Part shown: piece after piece, positions 27,701 through 42,396 of the stretch
Layout of the letters: each line of letters opens with the position of its first letter
How positions within the stretch are numbered: the stretch's first letter is position 1
From: Ophelia neglecta
Lineage: Eukaryota
Direction of reading: 5' to 3'
DNA length: 64,000 bases
Assembly (NCBI GenBank): GCA_965285935.1
Contig: OZ260667.1
Coordinates: forward strand, 21,886,001-21,950,000
Translations under genes and position numbers: made by a program
The notes under the pieces: model-generated
The model's input: only the letters and a program-made list of their open reading frames with translations
Told to the model about the DNA's origin: nothing
Database searches by the model: none

Positions 27701-30700
27701 GATATGTTTCGTGATATGCTCTTGTTGATAAATGAATCGCCGAGTATCAAACTACACGCCTTTCTATCAGCGCCATTCATCTGTGTTCCCCAGAGTGACT
27801 CGGACGACTTGTAAATCAAACCAGCTTAGACGCGGATTCATAGGGGTACTAAATTGGCATTATTCTAATCTACCCAAACCTTGAACCGAACGCAACAGTG
27901 CTCAGCTGAGAAATAGCACGTGGATACTAATTCCGCGTGACACGTAAACAAATGGGAAAAAAAGTTTTATTTTCTGAACGTGTGTGATTTGAATTGTTAT
28001 AATGCAATATGAATAATATACTCAGCAATACTAATATATAGGGCTCACATCAGATTAATTATTCGCCGTTTCGACTAACTAATCACTTGATTGCGCGCTA
28101 AAAAGGGGGAACCAGCCTATATTGAAGAAGGTGTACAACGAAACATATGTAAAAAAAAACCATCCCTCTGCAGAATAATAAACTATGTAGTGTCTTTCAC
28201 CTTGACTTCCCTACATCGCCAGATATTACCAGGTGGCAATACTGCCAGGTTCTGCCATCGATAGCTCGCTGTAGTATCAATAAGACTCGAGTCAATTTCA
28301 CCAGCGATGAGCAGCCCACTCGGCGGCCTGTTCACATCCAGGAGTAGCCCCACTTGTCAGAGCTAAAGGACCATTAAGAAATTCCATCCTATATCTCTAA
28401 AGTGAATACCTGGCCAGCAAATTCTAGATTGCGATACTCTCCCAAAGCCAACGGGCCCCTGGGTTCTATCTGCAACGTCCCTGGCCCATATCTCAGTTAT
28501 CTACGCCTTTCAAGATCACACTAACACCCGATCTCAAGGAGGGCTGCTCTTACTATACAATACATACACCGAAACCGGCGTTATTTCGCCAATTTACTGA
28601 ACATTCCAAGCAAATAACAACGTATCCAAGTGGTGTATTTTTTCAACAGATATTTTGCTGCTAGGTTGTCCGTGAAGTGGCATTCTTGATAAATCCAGTA
28701 GTGTTGATTGCATTCTGTCCTCGGATTGACCTGAAAGTCGTCTGCAAGCTCATGGCTTCTTTCTTCCCGGATAAATAAATAATTATCGGACAGGCTTAAA
28801 CTGTTTGGTTTAGTCTTAGCCGGCGATAAGCACTTAAGCTAGCAAGAAGCCAGCTCAAGCAGCATGGATGATGTAGGATGAACAGGTGGTTGATCTCGAG
28901 TGATAAAACACTGCACCGACTTGGGTCAGGCAATTAGCTCCAGAATGCAAACTGGCAGGTTGGCTGAATCGTTAAGTCCGAATTTCGAGAAATGAACGGT
29001 ACAATGACGTTTTAATTGCTGCCGTTCAAAGTTCTGCACTCCGATGTGCAAAATCTAGACGTACCGGAAGCCCGGTCTTTGAAGTCATTATTATGTAGGA
29101 TTTATTTGCAATGTATTCTAAGGGCATATTCTAAATTTTAAGACTTGTGTAGTCTCCGAATCCCGTGAAGTATCGTGGGTAAAATCACACATCCACTTAC
29201 ATTTACAACCGAATCGAAATTCATTCCGGCAGTGAAACTGACAGTAACTGTCTAGTTCAGGGACATCTTAATTGCTTACCACAAGGATTTCTTGTTTCAT
29301 ATTACTACTATAAAGCTTAGGTTTCAAAAAAAAGCAACACAGCGAGATAAGAGCCTTGCAGTATAGGATACATAGGGTGCGGGGCTAAGTGGAGGACGCG
29401 TGAGACCCGTCTGACTTCAGAAGAAAGCCCAACTCGAATACGGCGTCCAAGGTCAAGGTCAGTAACCACCCATCAGAAAGCAGAAAACTACTTCCGCCTT
29501 GCTCAGCGGGTCTCGTGACCCTCAGTGTAGATAGATCATCGATCGATTTCCCATTGAAAGTGTCTAGGCGAGCCTGGTTCTTTTTTAGTGCTTGGACGTG
29601 GAAGCGCAGGACGCCTGCTGAGTTCCAATTCATTTAAAGTAGACAATGACATTTTTTTTCCTTCCAAGGGTCTGGTCCTTGGTCGTTGCCTATCTTAACA
29701 AGGGTCACTGGTTTACTAGCGACTGTTATTCTTTATGGAGATGGGGGCAGTAGTTTAAGCAACAATCGAGCAGTTAGCCTGCTAGATTGGACAGACCACT
29801 TTATTATTGCATTTCCAATTAATAGTAGGCTCTAATTCGGAGCTTCCAATAGAAATATGTTTCCATGTTTACAATTAATTAATTTATCTCTTTTTACCCT
29901 ATTAAGGCCCTTTATCAAAAGAATATCTAGCACTAAAAAAACGGGTTTTTATTCCTAAGATTTACTTTGCTGATCATTTATTCTCACGAGAAGGAGAGAA
30001 GCGAACAAAAATGTTCCTTATAGTTGTATTCAAAGAAAGCAATTCCACGGAAGCACTGGTTTTAGGAATGCATTCATTCGTTACGGGGAAAATTGTATTT
30101 CAAGAGTTTCATGAAACTTCACCCTGCCTCATTTATAAGTCAGCGTTGACAAATTGGGTGACATAGTTGATGGTGGCGGAATATGCATGGCGGCAATCTT
30201 CGCAGGAACTGCCAGCAGACGAGACAAGCAAAGGAATATGAAAGACCATCATTTGCTCCCGACACCCACATCAACTGTCACTTCCCTTGACAAGTTAATT
30301 TCAAAATATCATAGAATATGCGTCTTTTTGTTCAGTGGCCTGGCAAGACGGCTGGTTTATAGAACCACATAGCACCCCGAAATCAATCCTGGCGATAGCG
30401 ACCACAAGCCGTCCCCTGAAGTTATTAAAGTTTGTCCGGCGTTTCCTATCCGAGGCTTCGCCATCGGCCACAGATGGCCAACTCATAAAGACGGCTACAG
30501 CGTCTGACAGACACTACAAGCTTCCATAACCTTCCATATGTCAACATCCAAAGTAGCAGTAAAGAACACCGAATAAGATGTGTTTGTGTATGAGCAGAAT
30601 AAAATTAGAAATGTGATTTATTCAGTTCAAGAAGGAGCGAGCAACTGAACGAATTTTACGGACATGTACAAAGTTGATAGTGAATAATCAAATCGATAGG

Positions 30701-31400
30701 CTTATATAGTTACTCAATACACAAACCAGCTTAACATGACATAGAAGATCGAGCAGAATAAGAATTGGCCATCGATTCCAAATTCTCATAACTCTGAAGG
30801 TTAGCTGACAATATTACCAGCCCTGTCTTTAATCACTGCCAGGTTGATGTCTGCAAAGATCTAACAAGACATCTACAAGCTTTGTCAATGATCTTTGATC
30901 CTAATCTAATAAACTCAGTTAAATCAATTGGCGGCAGCCGGCGGGCTGCAGACACGCCTGGGTACAGTTAACACGCAAGAGGTAGAAATAATCGTACAGT
31001 CCTTCGAGAGTAGGCGATCAAAAAATATTAATTGCATTCCCCAAACCCGTATTGTACAAATAATAAACATTTGTTTGATGGTAGATAGTATTCCATGCAG
31101 AAAAAGGATGATTGAGTTGGTTTTGATTTCACCAGGCCTATAGTTGCTTGAGTCCTTCAGATCAGACTGTTTAATGTAACGCGCGTATGAACCGTATGTG
31201 CGTTGTAACGCAATGCAACATCAAAGTGTATACGTTATGTCGGCATTCATAAATCTCCAGTTCTAAATCTGCACAAAGCAAGGTTTAGCTTTTCCATTGT
31301 AATGACAAATATATCTACTCAATCCGATTTTCAGCAACCGGTGAGTCGCACGATACGTAGATTCCCGCTGTATGGGTTTAAACATATTTCTATGTGCAGA

Positions 31401-31490
31401 AAACCCGCATGTTCTATTTAGAACACGGGAGAACACGTGTGTTCCATTCAGAACACAGGAGAACACGCAGGTTCCATTCAGCACATAGGG
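31401..31490. repeat. 30-bp tandem repeat, 3 diverged copies
   Basis: The units are aaacccgcatgttctatttagaacacggga, gaacacgtgtgttccattcagaacacagga and gaacacgcaggttccattcagcacataggg. Confidence 0.85.
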
Positions 31491-34400
31491 GAGCAAACTT
31501 TTGCAGTAATCTGCATTTATTCTTTTTTATGATTAAGCTTTCTTGATATACTGATCTAGGCAGCTATGTGTTGCTTCTTCGTTTTCTTTTACTATATGTA
31601 TAATAGTCTCGATAATCTTGTTATTCTAAATAATAATTAAATCAAAACTAAGAATAGAACGCTCGTGCTGCCGTAGCTTAGAGTCATTAGAATAATTATT
31701 ATCAAATAATTATCGAATAAGTTGTTCATTCTATACTCTGTTGAGAGAGCTTGATTATTTTAATTAGTGTAGTAATGGAAAACCAACCGTACTCTTGTCT
31801 CTACACATGAGAGATGTTTTAATACATGTGACTTCCTATAATAATATAGTATGGCTCCGGCTGGACCCATTCAGGAAGAGCGCATATTTTTCTAATTATT
31901 TGAACAATGGAGCCACATTAGCTGTCCAAGGATTAAACTTGTTGCATTAAATGAAATACCAAGAGACCGTTCTACGAGACCCGCGAAATGGCTGGTTATC
32001 TATTAAACATAAATCTGTCAGAGCACATGCAATTTACCATCTTGAAAATTTAATGAAAACACAAAGAATTTTCAAGAACGCCATTTAATGGGATCATGTT
32101 CAATTGTTCGCTGCAAGCAAGTTTAAACCGTTGCCTGGTATTTACTGCAATATGTCTGCGGTGTTAACGTTCGAGAATCATCCACTTCGTTCCTCTCAGC
32201 ATATCATCGTAGAGGTAAATTATGTGTAAGGATAATGATGATAGATCGTAGTCACGTGTTTGAAAAGCGGCACGGCCATCCAACAACAAACGCCGGGTTG
32301 GCACCTCGGAGTGTTCTCTTCTGACACCTGTTTGGAAGGTAGATTTAAACGACGGCTGTTAGGTCACTCTTTTGTTTAAGTTCACAGGGAGTCCGCGTGG
32401 GTAATGAAAACAACACGGTTGTGAATTTATTGGGAGAGCTAAACTCAGACAAGCTATTCTGAGGGTAAAATAATCATCATTCAAATAGCAAGCTTAAGCC
32501 TTTCGCATTCATCTGCTTTAAGCATAGCCTAGCCATCCATTTTGAGAGGGTATTGACACAACAATTAAGTATCAAAAGAACTAGTCTTTCTTCATCCGCG
32601 GTTAATCTCCCTTCAATAAGTTTTCCTGGCCTGCCTCCCAAATACAAATAACTCGTTTTCCATTCATAAAAAGACAACCGTTGAATATCCTTGAGATGCT
32701 TGGAATCACTTTAAAATTCAAACTGGAGTCTTCAACAAGCTTAAGGAAAAAAAACAAATTTCATAAGGGATGCCAAAACCCACACACAGTTAACAACTTT
32801 TGCAAGATGTACGAATAACAACAAAGGGGTGGGCGAAAATGGAATAACAATATTAAACAGATATATGGCCTTATAGGGAAGCCGAAGTAGTTGATATGTA
32901 GATTGAATTGATTTCTGTATGGCTGTCATAATTAAGAACTAGAAATATTTTTTTTCGCTTCAGAAAACAGTCTGAATTTGGAATATGTTTATATATGTTG
33001 AAACTAAATAAACGCCTTGGTGCTTTCACCAAGAAGCACTGAAAATGAACTATGGTTTACGGCAGGTAAATATACGATACAAGGGCTGAAAGAAATAACC
33101 ATTCGAGAACAATTTGACCATTTAAAAGTCACGTTTGTATTTTCCTTTTTTCATAATGGTGTCAAAGTAAGGTTTAATGGTAATACGACTGCATAGCTTC
33201 CGATATCATTCAGCCCTGGATGCCAAAGAACAAGACACTCTTTAAAACAGAGCCGAAAAAAATCTGCAAAATCACTACTTTACTGAATAACCATTGTTCA
33301 TTTCATTAAAACCAGCAGAGCTGACACCTGTTAACAATCTCTATTCTCTGTGTGCGCATGACAGCTAACATATTGTCATACTGCGAGCAGGATATAACTA
33401 GGAGCTAGATAATAGCAAATGTCCATGAAATTGGCGAAAGCTTCCTGTCAGCCATTTCCGTAACCAAAACTATAATTTACATCGGAAACCACCAGCATTA
33501 CGCAACAACGGAATTTTTTTCGAAAAAATAAATTATGGTAAAATAAAATTACTTCGCGATAATATCTACTCGAGAGAAAGTGTAAATTCACATAATCATA
33601 TTATATCATGTGGCTACGCACGCTACATTATTAGCAGACATCAGTGCATAAGAAAATAATAAACAAGTGACTATCCAGAAGGACGCACTGGAGCGTCTGC
33701 GCCAGTGATTTTGGGTAGTCTAAAAACCACGCGTCTCTGCAATGTTAATGCAAGCCCACAACCAGAGCCCAGTGTTACTTATATATTGATACAAAAGTTG
33801 TGGGCTGTTGTAATGTGACACGATAAGTTAGTATTATAGTTTGACTCAGCACGGACACTAAAAGAACGAGCATTTCTGCTTGTAATGCCTTGACCCCGCA
33901 TATGTATAGGTACATTTATACATTATTAAATAATAATAATTTAATAGCAGAAAGTAAAACAAAGGCACACTCGTGCATGTTTACGTGACTCATATATGTA
34001 CTGCAACAAAAATATTTCCTGGCACACCGCAGGATACAAACATCCTGGCTTGGTACTAAACAGGCTCATATTTGCTTGTTTCGATATAGAAGTTTGAAAT
34101 ATCTGAGTATTCAAGTCTATATAGTCTTATATACCCTCTCACAATGAATGGTAATCTGAATTCATAGGAAACGTCGAACCAGGAATATTGATACACGGAA
34201 GCATTATCATCATATTAAATTGTTTGCATACATGAGGACAGTGTACACTTATAATGTGTTCAGCTGTCGTTTGCTTTATTCAGTGAAAGACATCGAGCTA
34301 GCTATAGCCTGTCACATTTGTTATGTCACAGATACAATATTAATCATTATGTTGTATTTTCTCTAATGGTTTTGAATACTATAAATATTTGACCCCATAT

Positions 34401-34608
34401 ATAGATGCAATGCGTAAATAATAGATAGCATCATATTATAATGGGATGTTGCCACATAATTCTTAAACATCCAAGTTTTTATATGGCAAAACAGGATCGG
34501 TTACCCCAGTTAATTTTTTATACATTTCAACCGATTCTTTCGGGAGGATTCTACTAGCCAATCTTTTATGAACAACCCATATTTCAATACGACGTACAAA
34601 ATTGGTTT

Positions 34609-34760
34609 GACGATAGTGTAATGTGCACACGTTGGACTCGGGATCGTAAGGTCGTAAGTTCGAAAACACTTTCGGCCTTACACAATTCACTGTGCTACCG
34701 ATTGCTTAACCAACACCGGAAGGCAAATTGGGCATCTGCGAGGAAAATAATGGTGGCAAA
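34609..34760 (+). mobile_element. tRNA-derived SINE head (degenerate)
   Basis: An A-box-like TAGTGTAATG (34614) and a B-box-like GTTCGAA (34658) sit at tRNA-like spacing. There is no intact cloverleaf. Confidence 0.45.
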
Positions 34761-37700
34761 TTTAAAATGTTCCTTAGCTATGTAAGCTGATTTAAAGCGA
34801 TTTCTTCCAATTGTGTATCGCTGGATGATCTCTATAGAATCTGGTTAATGATGAAATCCGATGAACAGTGATTTGTAGGAACGATCGTTTGAGAGTCTTG
34901 CCCGGAACAAGTTTAAGCCTTCAATTACCTTTGCAAAGCATGTAGCAAATGCAGCAATAGATATATCAGCTGGTAATTTTTGCGTTGACATGATGACTTA
35001 ATGAGAGTGTGCCCTTGAGGGCTTTCACCCACAGATAGGAGCCGTTCGGTTGAAATATATCACCCTTTAATTATTTCGTTTCATCTGAGTTACGTTGAGG
35101 AACACATAAAAGTATTGTTCACAGTTCTGTTCTCTTTTCTCTTTGTATATTGGCATTCGGAGCAAAGGCATGAAGGACGGCTTTCATGTCCTTGTCTTAA
35201 ACTGTCCTTTACTTGACCGCAAGTTTGTCTGCAATCTCCCTAGGGAAGTGATAAATTATACCTCTAGGGGAGTACCTTCAAAGTCTTTGGCTTATTAATT
35301 TGTTTTAATTCTCTCAGCATTAATTTCATCAATTTTATCATATCACCAGTGGAAAGCAATACACTGTGACAGTAAATCGAATTTAGGATCTAGGCATAAG
35401 AAACGGAATTATTGTTTACAAATAAAAGCCATTGTATGAGTAGACATCTTTGTAACAGTTACAAATTCGATTCTTTCGGCTAGAATGGGATGCATGCGTG
35501 TCAGAGTAGTAAGGCAACAAAAAGACAAACATACAAACGTGTGAAGCGCGTAAAAGAAGACTCAAATACTGATTTTCGGGGCATTTTAATTGCCTCCTAG
35601 TAGTATAAAGTACTTGTATCTGAGATATCTTCTTTGTGCTGTGGGATAGCCATGTATGAGCTCTACTTTTCTCAATTGTAACGGTTTTTACGTATTTGAC
35701 TTTTATCAATTTCAATTTTAAGTAGTATTTAGAAATTCGATATTGGATTCGACATTAATTATATATATTTGGAAAGGTAAGTATGTTTTCAGAGTGTGCT
35801 GTTTTTACTAATAGTACTGTTTATATGTGGGAGTACACCTCAACTGAACATAAGCTGGCAGATGTATTAAAGTATTTTTAATTGTTTCATTACAAAAACT
35901 ATTATACTACATTATACAATAATAATGTCATAGCTATGGAGCACTGTTGTCAGGTTTTCTCCGTGAAGGAGTTAAAACCCATAGACAACCTGACGCATAC
36001 ATAAGCAAACCTTACTAATGTCACGCAGAAACTGACTTGTAATTCACTGATAGGTCAGTTGTCACTTCCCTCCTTGCACAAAATACAATGCATGCTTTAC
36101 CGGTACAGACAGAAACATAATATGTATGCACATTGTACATGCAAACGTGAGACCTTCAGACCAGGATAGGTGTTGGGCGAAAAACGAAACCCCTACCAGT
36201 GGATCGGCCCATAACATTTTCTGACAGAAAAAAAAAATCCTGTGTTTGCATTTGGGAAATTGTGTTGTATATATTTTGTGGCCACTATTTTTATAAACCA
36301 TTTATGAACCCACCTATGAAGCCTCAATATGACCTTGAAATAGTCCTACAAGTAATTGAAGATAGCCTAATTACATTGACAGATCATCTCTTGCCTAACT
36401 TTTTATCATAAAGGTTACATGTCTTGACCCATATAGTTCACCACCTGTGCAAGAGGGATTTCAAGGAGGCTCAAGGTGACTCCAGGTCTTTAAAGATACC
36501 CTTCACGAATATACTAAGGGTAAAATCCACGACACCAATCCGGAAGATGGGAATAGATTAATGGGTATTTAGGCAGAAAAAAATATTTTTGCGAGGCAAT
36601 ATCCACAGATGAAGTTGAAATAAGCATCTTGACAGCGATTTAAGTGGTCCATTTACATCATTTTGTCCGATGCAGAAGTGCCGAGATACCTTACCCGCAT
36701 CCGGCCAAATATGCACACTCTGACATCAGTTGACCCAATAGTCTGACATTCAATTTGTATCAGCAATCGTCCAATCAAGCACCACCATTCCCAAGTTCAA
36801 ATATTGTTACTTGACCACGAAGTTCCGGTGGCGCTTATTTGAGTGGCGGGTAAATATTGACCAGACAAAATCAAATGTATTTATGTTCAGGGCTCGATGG
36901 CTAGAGACTAGAATCACCGTTTCGCATGAAACTGAGCAAGGATTATTACTATCATGATTTTCTCCAGATGTTCCATGACTTCTGTAAAAAAAAACTTCTT
37001 GATACTACCTAATGTTGTTTGTTAACTAGCCCTCAAGATATATGCCTACTCCTATAAAACTCACAGTAATCCGTCTGAATAGGACACTTAAGATAATATG
37101 CAAGGGGGCGTGTCATTGGCTGCCCAGAATGTCTTCCTTCTCACTCGCCTTCTGAATATCCCCAAATTAACACTGAACTCCCAGAAGAGTTAAAGCGATA
37201 CGCCCGATTCTGGAACGATTCGCAAGAGAAGCAGGTTTTAGTTATTTAAGTAGTAGCAAAGACTAGTTGCAAAACTGGAAATGTCTTCGAATTCAATGCA
37301 CTTGCCAGCCGGATTTGATCGTGCCTCTAATGCGAGCAGGCTCGATGTGCAATCTATTCAGCCAAGCATGGTCGGCCATTGTGAAAATGATGCTCATCAA
37401 AGTAGGGTAGTCTTGGGGTCACCATAAATGGGATCATTTCACTCAAATTTTAGGAGTACTGTGTTATTTCGACATTTGTCTTTATTATCAGTGCCGTAGT
37501 TTTATTATCAACCTACATCAGGTGATTGGATAATATTTTCAAACATGACAGACAATGTAAGATTCAAACACATATTTCCCCATGTCATTATTTATGACGG
37601 TATCCGTTGAAATTAATGTTTGGATCAATACCTACCACAACGACAAAGCATTGCATGGCAAAGACGCTTGTGGCAAAAAAAGGGGGTCCGCTTTTGTGAA

Positions 37701-40700
37701 CTGTCTGCTCGAAAACACGAAATTGGGACAAGAAATGTGCTGGGCAAACAGAGCGAAATAACGAACTCTCGAGTTGAAACAGGGAGAATGGACTAACGTT
37801 GATGTCTGCTCGAAATCAGGGAGGATCGACGGAATATGGAATGAGCCAATACTGTGTGGAATGCCATAATCAGAAAAGCAAATTCGATGTAAATTGGAAA
37901 GGCCTACAACCCAAATTATGAAATATGAGTAAGCAAGGCATAGGCGATGAAGAGTTCGAATGCAAACACAAAGTTGTAACATTCTATCACAATAACTCTG
38001 CTATAGTAGTGACACAGTATTTTACTTATTTTTGTATTGTATGTAATTTATTCTATTAAGCTGCCTTTTTTTGGTTTTCCATTAACTCGTCAATAAGTGT
38101 TACTTTCTTGGGTGGTTTACTACATTGGCGAACTTTAACCAGGTTTATATACCAGACATAATATAGAGATACATCATAATATTCCGGTTTCTTAAAGACG
38201 CAAACACTCTATATTGAAATGCTTAAATATACTAAAGACAATAGATTGAGATGCTATAAAGGCGTAGGCATGCATCTAGATATTTATTATAACTCATTAA
38301 CAAGACGCTGAATGCGATTTGAATATATTAAGTTATAATAACAGCTCGGATATATTTCTATCGAGGTCCCTGACACTATACGATAGCACGCCAACGCAGC
38401 TTGCCTATAGCTGTGGTTAAAGAGGTCTCATGGGTCTGGGCTGGGAGAAGCGTTTAACGAGTGGACGGGTTGAGGAGTGGGGAGTGATGCTTTGACCTCC
38501 AACCAGGGGTCAACTGCTATTCCAGTAATCATGTCACAATTCATTAGCATCCCGGGAAACTACGGCTCGGCCGAGTTTATCCGGTCTTGATGGATAACCG
38601 CAGGGAGATCCCGCCAGTTGACCAGAGGCGGGTTTTCACCGACTGTATAAATTGCGCTGCCAAGTCTGCAGGAATGCATTCCCAAATTTTACTGTAACAT
38701 TAATGTCATGCAGGTATTTGAATTATGTTAGCTGGCCATAACTGAGCCGTATACCTTTAGTCAAGCTGAAATCTTACTGCTCGCACAATATGCTGTTCAT
38801 CTATCAGGCTGAATGCTGGCTATAGCTGTCGCCAGGGAACCATTGTCTCAGCCCGTCCTCTAAAACTTTATCGGACGTGATGAGTTTTGACACAAAGCGG
38901 GACGGTTTTTGGCACTAAAAGACGGAAGATTTCTGAAGTCGACCCCCAAGTGGACGAGAGCAGACGGACGGTGAATAACGGGTTAATAACGGCATCACGC
39001 AACTCTGCCAGAATGTGTCCTTGGCTTTCCGCATAAGGAACCGTAGGAAGGAAGCGGAAAACCTTGTTAGTCCTCAATCCACTCCTGGGCTGAAGCCAAT
39101 TTTCTCATGCGACAGCCATCATAGCTGAATGACTCTTATATAGGTCAGAGATTAAGTTTGAATAAGGTGGCATCAGGAAGCAAATTGTAGTGTAATTTTC
39201 TGCTATATTCAAGGCCGGTGACTTGTATACAAGACATGGAAATGGCGTCTGCAGCCTTTCACAGAAAACATGCTTGGGAAAGGCAAGCAGGTTACAGGGC
39301 AGACGAGACAAATCAGCGCATCGTTTTAGTGTGATTTTCGCCCTCCTGTTAATTTCCCACATTGTCCGTACCGATTTAAGAGGCCGGTCAGAACGAAAGT
39401 GATAATTTGGCGAACATTGTTCGGGGGGGCCTTCAGCAGGCAGAATTCTCAAGCATTCAATTTTGATCTGGTGTTAGTCGGGTAGAGCCGAATCTAAAGT
39501 CAGCAGCATGGTTCAGCACTCAGCTGGTTCAATAAATGAGCCGCTATCTTCAATGGTCTCCTCCGGCATTACCCAACTGCTTCAGGCTGACCCAGCCAAC
39601 TCTATCAATGCATTTATCAGTGCTGTTTAGCTTTAACGGCTGCAGCAGGCTGGAGTTATGTGCTGTAATTTAGAAGATGGTGACCAGTAAGGTCAGGCTC
39701 TAACTTGATGTGTCAGCTGGTTCCTCTGGTTGACCAACGATAAAAAGTATCAATGCCCACGGACGGGATGCCAAAGTCACACGTACGGTGTAAATGTTGG
39801 ACAAAGAAAATTAGATAAGAATGGTAAAATCAGCGAACAATTAAACACAAAACATTCATTCTAAAAAGTATTATGGTTAATTAACCCTTGAATTCTTATA
39901 AGAAAGTCTATTTCTGATTCTAGAAGGTTCTCATTCGCCGAATCGCACTACCCACTGTCATTCATCGGTAGTTACGAAAACCTGTGCAGCCATCAGAGAT
40001 ACAGTGCTGTCGTGCTTTCAGCTGTCTTTCAGTCGTTTTCAACATCGATAGTCGAAATGACAAACTGGTAAGACACATTGTGTGTCTATTAGACTAATTT
40101 GGAATCTAATAATTCAGCTCAAATTGACTACCAAGTATACAAAAAGCTTCATAAAACACATATGCACGACCTCGATCTCTTTCAACACGACCCCACATGT
40201 TGTCGCACTGATCATAAACTGATGCATGAAATTGTAAATGTATGATAGTCACAGACTAACCACCTGTCTGATTTTTAACCAGACAAACAGCTTTATACTT
40301 CATTCTGTAATCGCTTACTTAATTATCAAATGAACAGATGACTCACAATTGTATTGATAAATTCTCATTGAGATCAACTTTTTTAAACCTACTAAGGTAC
40401 AAGTTTGTTTCATGCGACTTGGCTGTGTTCGTACACGACTGACTTATATTTATAAATATATATTTACATACTGGCTGGAAACCCGTGGCAAACGGGTTAT
40501 CTTTAAAATGGATGAATAACCATAACCCCCCCCCCCCCCGCAAATTTATTTAAAGCTTCCTTGTGGTCGTGAGGGATAAATATAATGATTTGCCTTATTC
40601 CGAGACATGAAACAAATGATAGTGTTTGGATTCATGCACAAGGTGGCCTTATTGTTTTCAATGATTATGTATATCGCAGGCGACCAGTGATATCCACCAT

Positions 40701-41976
40701 GTCGGACAACGAACCTCCTACTAACTCCTGGTGTGAATCTCAAAGAACTAACACATTGCTCAGTACGTCTTATTCGTCCTGGTAAGAAGACCGGTTGTGA
40801 GAAATCCCGGCCCGAAGAAAAAGTCCACTGGGTGATAACTTGTGACTTTGAGGCCCATCTCTTTGATTGCTCAATCTTGCCACTTTCGTATGTGCCAAGA
40901 TAAGCAGACGAATGTGCGCCAACAGATAACTGGAAGTTGGCAAAAATCAATTAAATAACAACAAATCGAGATAGTCCTACAGGAATAGAACTGTGGGTCA
41001 CAAAGGTCCGTGTTATTTGTATATAATATAATAATTTGTATAGTGTTCAAACAAAAAATCCATTAATCTATGGAAGTGGTTTCCATCAAATACTTTAGAT
41101 GAGACTTAATTTGCACAATTCTTATTTTTTTAAATCGTACTTCAAAGAATGCAGACACGGATGTCCCGTTGTCCCGCTTGTCGTCTGCCTAGAAAACCAG
41201 ACTGTGTCTTTTGGCTGCTTTTAGAGATATATTGTTATAAACAAAATAGCCTTTGTTCTTTTTCCAGTATTTTGGACAATTTTTATTATTTAAATACAGT
41301 GCAAATGCTTGGAAAGTCGGCGTATCACGGATTCTGGCTAATAAGATCGAGGCATGATATAGACTACAAAAAAAAGGGCGAGCGCCGAAAGATCACCATC
41401 AAAAACAGGCGTGGGTCCTCGCCCACGTAAATCGTACTGGTTGCCGTGTGGGCTTTGACTTTATCGCTACAAATAGCGGACAGGCGACCCTCCCGGCAAT
41501 TTATGGTCCCCGCGAGCAGGACTCGCCAATACCGATACCTTATCATTGTTGCAAATAGAACATTCTCCCTTCCCAATTTCGACTGGTTTAATATTTGAAT
41601 AATCACCTACCACATTTTCCTCTCCAATCTACTAGTATACAGGGCGCTAGATTCTGTATTTGCCACCCCAAGGACCGAGCTCTCCAGTAAAACCCGTAAA
41701 TTGAGTATTCCCTTCATGGTGTTTTGCCGTGTGCCATCCTACCAGACACGAAATAAACACGAAAATAAACAGAAAGTGAAGTCTCATAATCCAAACCTGG
41801 TATCGGCTATGCATTGCTTTTGATTGTTCAATCAGACACGGTATTTTTTCTAAATGAAAATCAGGAAGGGGTGTCCTATCGAAAGGTTGCCCATTTAATG
41901 TTGCAATGGATGTTTGGAAGGATCAACCAGCCCGTCCAGTTGGACAGGGAAGGATAACCAAGTTCTTGAATGTCTT

Positions 41977-42396
41977 GGTAAAATACGTGATAAATTCTTA
42001 GCATAAAATATGGATCAGCTAAAGTCAAGAGCTGGGTAATCCGACTTTTAACCTGGTCAGCAAAGATGTAACGACAATTACATATATTGTAGTTTGCTTT
42101 CAAAACTGTAAGGGTAATGAAATACGTGATAAATTCTTAGCACAAAATATGGATCAGCTAAAGTCAGGAGCTAGGTAATCCGACGTTTAACCTGGTCAGC
42201 CAAGATGTTACGACAATTACATAATGTAGTTTGCTTTCAAAACTGCAAGGGTAATGAAATACGTGACACATTCTTAGACCAAAATATGGACCAGTTTAAG
42301 TCAGGAGCTAGGTAATCCGACGTTTAACCTGGCCAGCAAAGATGTTACGACAATTACATAGTGTAGTTTGCTTTCAAAACTGTAAGGGTAATGAAA
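41977..42396. repeat. ~137-139-bp tandem repeat, 3 copies
   Basis: The unit start AAATACGTGA recurs at 41981, 42120 and 42257. Each unit ends TTTGCTTTCAAAACTGYAAGGGTAATG, and the copies are highly similar. Confidence 0.97.

Noticed and set aside
27439-28360. Minus-strand donor-like sites near 27438 and 28200 with short open frames
   Set aside because: There are no matching polypyrimidine acceptors and there are in-frame stops upstream.
31401-42396. 30-bp and 138-bp repeats as CRISPR arrays
   Set aside because: They are head-to-tail repeats without unique spacers, there are no cas genes, and the context is eukaryotic.
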